Source: Phoronis australis (Eukaryota; Animalia; Phoronida). Taken from it: a DNA stretch of 64,000 bases. This document shows, piece after piece, positions 60,001-64,000 of this stretch. The position numbers were made by a program, and so were the translations under genes. The stretch covers positions 434,001-498,000 of the forward strand of contig NMRA01000036.1 of the NCBI GenBank assembly GCA_002633005.1, given 5' to 3'. Under the pieces are notes generated by a model. It was not told the DNA's origin. It saw only the letters and a list, made by a program, of their open reading frames with translations, and did not search any database. Numbering within the stretch: the first letter of the stretch is position 1; every line of letters starts with the position of its first letter.

Positions 60001-62481
60001 TAGTGCTTAATAGGTCACAAACTGAAATCACAAACTTGAAATGGAAATAAAATCAAGTTAGCAGTGGTGAATCTTGCCACTGATGTAGTTTTTCAGTGCT
60101 AACTGAACGTATTAAGAAACAGACGAAACAGTTCCACTCAAAGCATGAACCGAAATCATGGTTTTCAAAACCAATTAGATATCTGTTGTCAGACACATGT
60201 TACCATGTAGTGATTGTCTTGTGACAGGTGCCCAGAGTGACAGTGAGGTCTCCAACCACCATGCGACCGAGAGTGACCGCGGCTACACATCAGACAGCGA
60301 GCTGTATGATTCAGCCAAACACCGGTCCAGCACCGACCTGGACGTTCGCCCAGTGCCCGAGAGTGGCAGCTGGAGACTGGTAGGTTTTGATGTGTAGATG
60401 GTTCAGTATTCTCCTCGAATCATGTTAAGCGTGACGGTGCTTCAGACTGGTAGGTGTTGATGTATAGATGGTTCAGTATTCTTTTGGCACCTTGTTTAGC
60501 GTGACAGTGCTTCAGATTGGTTGTCACTATTGTGTTGCAACAGTTCACCTGAAAATAACCGGAAATAATAAACATGAGTGGAATTCCCTATCAGATTAGC
60601 TAGAATGTACTGTATTGCACTAGCTGGGTATTTATATATTGTTTGATTCATCACACAGACTTGTAGATGCAACATACAGGCAACTGGTTTTGACCCATTA
60701 ACAAAGATTATTTCCAAGAACCAAGCTTTATTGTTTAAATCTAGTGCTCTGGAATTTAGTATTGTTCAGTAATTGTTCTCGTCTGTTCTCTCATGTACTC
60801 CCTTTATGCTACAGTGATTCTACTGTATGTGTCGCCGCAGTTACTCACACAGATACTGTGGGATTCATTTTCCCTAGACTACTGAAAGAGAGACAGTCAT
60901 ATCTTCACCTTAAGGAAATAACAAATTATAGAATCAACAGGACCTGCAAACTGAGCAGATTCTCAGTTATTCAAAAAAATTTTCTTACAACAGAGGTGAC
61001 AAATACTTTGGAGTCACTTGCCAAAGAATCGCTCATAGTCTAAGTAATCTCCTCTTAACAGAGCTTGGAATTTTCCGCGAAAACGCGTATTTCCGCTTTT
61101 TTCAAATGTTCTGTCCGCGCATTTTATTATATTTCCGCGTAAAAAAAAATCGGATTTGATATAAAATTTCCGCGGCAAATTCCTTTCTTACCGCGGCGTT
61201 GCAGACGACGTTCACCTCGAAAAGCTGAAGTTGCTCTTTATGTTTCGGAGGAACGTAAATTGTCAACATTGCCGGGGCATCTGGGTAAGTGTGGTGGGGT
61301 TTTCAATGGCGTCTCGTGTTATTGTAAACCGCGGCGACAAATACTACGGCTCTGCAGCCAAAAATGTGTGGGTTGGGACGAGCTAAAAGGACGCAGACGC
61401 ATGCTGGTGATGGTGGTAACGTTTTTTTTTTAGTCCTCCGATTTTTGTCGGGGAAAGGTTCACATCGACCATTTCAAGGCTGGGTAGCGCGCGTGATTTG
61501 GGCTGTAAAAGTTTCCGCGTTTTTTGTCATTGGTCATTCCAGGCCCTGTCTTAAGTATATCGAGCAGAAAGTATGTGATAGCATTCTTTATTTGTCATTG
61601 GCCAGGTAAATAAAGACGAGTGCAGTGAAACCGCTTCCACGCCAAGCAAGAAGCCGGACCCTGTCAACCAATACAACATTGCCTTAAGCGAGCGACTGGG
61701 GCCTCACGACACTAAGTCATTGTTGAAGTCGTGCGAGACGCTGGCATTCATTGTCCGCGACACAGTTCATGTGACGCCACACAACTTTGAAAGCTGTGTG
61801 CATACCATTCGAGTGTTTGTTGAAGCCAGCATCAACGGGGGTGAGTTATGGTTATGCTGAACTTAGTTTGTAACTTTAAGACATAACTTAGGCCACTGAT
61901 GCCTGTTCAGTGTGTTTGTGTGGACATTGGAGTTAAGGAAAGACACGCGAGTTTAAAATTGATTTCTATTTACCTGACTTTTTATGCATTTTTGTAGTTC
62001 AGTGTCGTTCAGTATGTTTTTTGTCAGCTTTCACAGTGACTTGTGTAAATTCATTGCAATGCTGAAGCCTAGGGGAAGACAGTATTACTGTTACCAAATT
62101 GAATTTACTGCCATATTTCAAATTCTGTAGTTTTATGAACAAATATTTTTTCAACTTTGCTTGCCAGTTTTGTTCACAAACTGAAAAGCAAAGTCAATCT
62201 ACTTATATATAGAAAGTGGCCTTTGTCTTGTTAAAGTTGTATTATTTTGTTGTTGTTGTTTTTATTGTTATTTGTTTACTATAGTTATTTATTTGTCATT
62301 ACAAGGTGTGCACAACAAGCGGGAACCACCCAACATAACAGGAAAGAACAAGAAACATGCTAAGGGTAAGAGGAAGGACGAGCATCGTGTGAAGAAGTCG
62401 CGCTCAATGTCGTTTCAACATGAGTGCTCTGACGATGAAGATGAGTCCAGGACCGGAGCCTATCACTCCATTTCTATTCAG
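32981..62481 (+). CDS. GBF1: Golgi-specific brefeldin A-resistance guanine nucleotide exchange factor 1 (Sec7 ARF-GEF), 3' incomplete
   Basis: 28 in-frame exons with GT-AG introns (4524 nt). N-terminus [11 protein letters not shown]; DCB motifs [17 protein letters not shown] and HARFVGTDP; HUS box [10 protein letters not shown]; Sec7 [10 protein letters not shown] and [12 protein letters not shown]; HDS regions; DRGYTSDSE. The gene continues past 64000. Confidence 0.96.
33955..34021 (+). CDS. GBF1: GBF1 coding exon 2
   Basis: [22 protein letters not shown]. Confidence 0.9.
35160..35982 (+). mobile_element. HINE-like element, near-complete copy
   Basis: T-rich insertion site, 5' atgcatc..gggtgcat stem, (tctg)n microsatellite, ~150-bp subunits each ending in a CCTAGTGG-type motif, and a 3' hairpin cactgtttgcagtg. 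Confidence 0.7.
36248..36379 (+). CDS. GBF1: GBF1 coding exon 3
   Basis: [43 protein letters not shown]. Confidence 0.95.
37319..37437 (+). CDS. GBF1: GBF1 coding exon 4
   Basis: [31 protein letters not shown]. Confidence 0.95.
37880..37988 (+). CDS. GBF1: GBF1 coding exon 5
   Basis: [36 protein letters not shown]. Confidence 0.95.
38978..39087 (+). CDS. GBF1: GBF1 coding exon 6
   Basis: [27 protein letters not shown]. Confidence 0.95.
39411..39761 (+). CDS. GBF1: GBF1 coding exon 7
   Basis: [15 protein letters not shown]...DIQESFQ. Confidence 0.85.
40398..40577 (+). CDS. GBF1: GBF1 coding exon 8 (variable linker, possible cassette exon)
   Basis: Open 180-nt phase 0-0 exon, tag|GAG...GAG|gtaagc. 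Confidence 0.6.
41274..41385 (+). CDS. GBF1: GBF1 coding exon 9
   Basis: ...[19 protein letters not shown]. Confidence 0.88.
42316..42536 (+). CDS. GBF1: GBF1 coding exon 10
   Basis: [25 protein letters not shown]...LCKNLFS. Confidence 0.95.
42842..42940 (+). CDS. GBF1: GBF1 coding exon 11
   Basis: [33 protein letters not shown]. Confidence 0.95.
43629..43823 (+). CDS. GBF1: GBF1 coding exon 12 (HUS box)
   Basis: ...[34 protein letters not shown]. Confidence 0.95.
44275..44389 (+). CDS. GBF1: GBF1 coding exon 13
   Basis: [30 protein letters not shown]. Confidence 0.95.
44500..45605 (+). mobile_element. Old, degenerate HINE-like element
   Basis: Same subunit motifs as the other copies (gtatctcctaa, atgaaatttggc, gtgccccctagtgg at 44920, ctccacccagtggcc near 45248). 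Confidence 0.6.
45972..46082 (+). CDS. GBF1: GBF1 coding exon 14
   Basis: [15 protein letters not shown]...ILAKTNM; phase consistent with neighbours. Confidence 0.75.
46426..46544 (+). CDS. GBF1: GBF1 coding exon 15
   Basis: ...[25 protein letters not shown]. Confidence 0.88.
47091..47293 (+). CDS. GBF1: GBF1 coding exon 16 (Sec7)
   Basis: [26 protein letters not shown]...[10 protein letters not shown]. Confidence 0.95.
47705..47828 (+). CDS. GBF1: GBF1 coding exon 17 (Sec7 glutamic finger)
   Basis: [27 protein letters not shown]. Confidence 0.96.
48340..48548 (+). CDS. GBF1: GBF1 coding exon 18 (Sec7 motif 2)
   Basis: [28 protein letters not shown]. Confidence 0.96.
49023..49259 (+). CDS. 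GBF1: GBF1 coding exon 19
   Basis: [27 protein letters not shown]...KAISGFR. Confidence 0.95.
49064..51544. repeat. Tandem ~1.24-kb duplication including a 5'-truncated copy of GBF1 exon 19, joined at an N
   Basis: 49064-50308 matches 50310-51544; N at 50309. The exon copy at 50310-50505 lacks its acceptor. Confidence 0.9.
49375..53120 (+). mobile_element. Nested HINE-like elements with tandem ~150-bp subunits (ABC trimers of ~450 bp)
   Basis: Heads ttttt|aagcgcccacatatttatatgtgg at about 49770 and 51037; (gtcc)n microsatellite; repeated subunits; tails with (aaac)n, a hairpin and gcattgctcttgt near 52680 and 53115. Confidence 0.8.
53554..53653 (+). CDS. GBF1: GBF1 coding exon 20
   Basis: [33 protein letters not shown]. 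Confidence 0.95.
54010..54186 (+). CDS. GBF1: GBF1 coding exon 21
   Basis: [34 protein letters not shown]. Confidence 0.95.
54251..54652. mobile_element. Tc1/mariner-type MITE, ~400 bp
   Basis: TIRs TACCGGGATTTTCCGTAGATAAGCCC and GGGCTTATCTGCAGAAAATCCTGGTA with TA ends; subterminal inverted gggtgtNtatttgg/ccaaatagacaccc. Confidence 0.8.
55606..55863 (+). CDS. GBF1: GBF1 coding exon 22
   Basis: [13 protein letters not shown]...[17 protein letters not shown]. Confidence 0.95.
57039..57313. mobile_element. ~275-bp MITE-like inverted-repeat element
   Basis: cttacaggagttata at the left end and tataaactcctgtaag at the right end. Confidence 0.55.
57510..57622 (+). CDS. GBF1: GBF1 coding exon 23
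   Basis: ...[20 protein letters not shown]. Confidence 0.92.
58122..58275 (+). CDS. GBF1: GBF1 coding exon 24
   Basis: [13 protein letters not shown]...[26 protein letters not shown]. Confidence 0.95.
58749..58992 (+). CDS. GBF1: GBF1 coding exon 25
   Basis: [10 protein letters not shown]...[30 protein letters not shown]. Confidence 0.95.
59174..59280. repeat. ~53-bp tandem duplication
   Basis: caagttagttcagtcaaactKaagtcccaataat..catttagtaaa occurs twice. Confidence 0.85.
60228..60379 (+). CDS. GBF1: GBF1 coding exon 26
   Basis: AQSDSE...[12 protein letters not shown]...SWRL. Confidence 0.93.
61059..61548. mobile_element. hAT-like MITE, 490 bp
   Basis: TIRs CAGAGCTTGGAAT and ATTCCAGGCCCTG; the direct repeat TCTTAA flanks both ends; internal ttccgcg repeats. 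Confidence 0.8.
61606..61840 (+). CDS. GBF1: GBF1 coding exon 27
   Basis: ...[45 protein letters not shown]. Confidence 0.95.
62306..62481 (+). CDS. GBF1: GBF1 coding exon 28
   Basis: ...[18 protein letters not shown], then GT donor. Confidence 0.9.
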
Positions 62482-64000
62482 GTAGTCGGCGATGTAAGTT
62501 CTGTTCTGAAGGTCAGGCGTGGCAGTTGGTGATTGGCCAGTTGTTGTAGTGTTGCCGTAGTGACGACCCCTGGCTTTTAGTGTGCCTGACCATGGTTGTA
62601 GTTACTGCTAGCGGACTGTTTCCGTGTGGACCCTTATTGTATTTTAGTTACGCAGTAGAATTCGCATAAGTTGCATGCCTTGTATCTGAGTCTTGACTTA
62701 AGTTGGACATAGTTGCATTTCACGGTTGTTTAAGTTCATATAGTGGAATAAAGCCTGTCCATCTAGTTGTTTCCGACTTAAGTGAGTTTACGTATCTTGT
62801 CTTTAATTTTTTGTACAGTTTCACCTAGTGCCTATGTAAGAGCACGTCTCATAAAGGTAGCTTCCACTTTCAGTTGACTTTTGCACACCGTGTTCCAATC
62901 ACTAGTTGATTTTGACTTTCTTTATCAAGATTTGAACACAAACTGGAATCCTATTAATAATTTCAAAACTTAACTCGAGGAAGAAACAACTGTTTTTGAA
63001 GTTACTTTTGCTAAAATTACAGATTTTATGATTATCTTTCAAAAACATTTTTCCTCGTTCATTACTATGACCGTGGCACGTAACAGTAGAACTGATTTGG
63101 CCTCAGCAAAAGATCACCATCTTGGTTCTGCATTTACTTTCATTGAGCGAAAACGAATGACGAACAAAAACTGCGTTCAGTAGCAAATCAGACATTGTGT
63201 TTGTTCAATGGTAGTGAGTGCAGGTTGAACCAAATTGTAGGCCTTCTGCTGAGCTGTTGGCACCACTTTGTTTCATTCAGTCTTATTAATTTTTTTTTCA
63301 GTTTTACAATATTTGTCATAATTTATGATGTTATTTATAATAATATAAACAAATTCTGTATTCATTTGTTACGTTGAGCACAAGTGCCTCTGCTCACATA
63401 ATTAAAAAAGTTTTCAGCTGAAATTCATGCCACTTATTCAGTGACTTAAAATAACATCTATCTGTATCCCTAGCATATTGGAGGTCCACATTTTTACATA
63501 ATATTCAAATGACAAATTATCTCCAGGTCTGACTTCCTGGACAACATAGCTCACACCCTTGTAAACGTAACTTACTGACTCACAAACATGACCCCGCATT
63601 CACAGAACACAGCTCAGGCATCCAAAAAGGTGTCTAATGGTACTGGAAACACATCTCCAGCACGTATGAAGACAGCTATCCGACTCTTCACTGAGTTTTA
63701 TGCATGTTTTCTAGTCATAAGAGTCAGTGAGCCATGTTTTAAAGTGTGGGGTCATGTTTGTGAGCCAGTGAGATGAATTTATAGGTAGCCTACAGATGAG
63801 AACAAAATGAATTTCATATTTATTTTTGGGGGCTCTTAGAACGTGTTAACACATTTAAGGTGAATGTGAAGAGTTTTTAATGTGACAACAGTGAATAACA
63901 GAAAAATGAATAAATGCCTCCACTGACATAATTGGCTCCTACTCTGTTGGCTGAGGTAATTTTTAATGGCTGCACAACTGTGGTAAAAGTTGTTGTTTCA

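Overview
This is AT-rich, intron-containing genomic DNA from an animal, probably a marine invertebrate; the taxon cannot be fixed from the sequence. Bases 1-12,000 are non-coding and repeat-rich. At 12,024-13,991 (-) lies an intronless 655-aa ORF with a repetitive N-terminal half and a C-terminal protein-kinase-like domain lacking the catalytic HRD Asp, so a predicted pseudokinase. Two housekeeping genes sit head-to-head. A complete DDX21/DDX50-type nucleolar DEAD-box helicase runs 30,306->16,783 (-), with 15 coding exons and about 750 aa. GBF1 (Sec7 ARF-GEF) runs on + from ATG 32,981, with 28 coding exons (about 1,508 codons) traced to 62,481, and continues beyond the window. Introns carry MITEs, a tRNA-derived SINE and a Helentron/HINE-like element family whose ~150-bp tandem subunits each end in a co-oriented CTCF-consensus-like motif. 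Two ~1.2-kb tandem exon duplications, one per gene, each abut a single N and look like haplotype-overlap assembly artefacts. All exon boundaries were read by eye from GT/AG sites and frame continuity.
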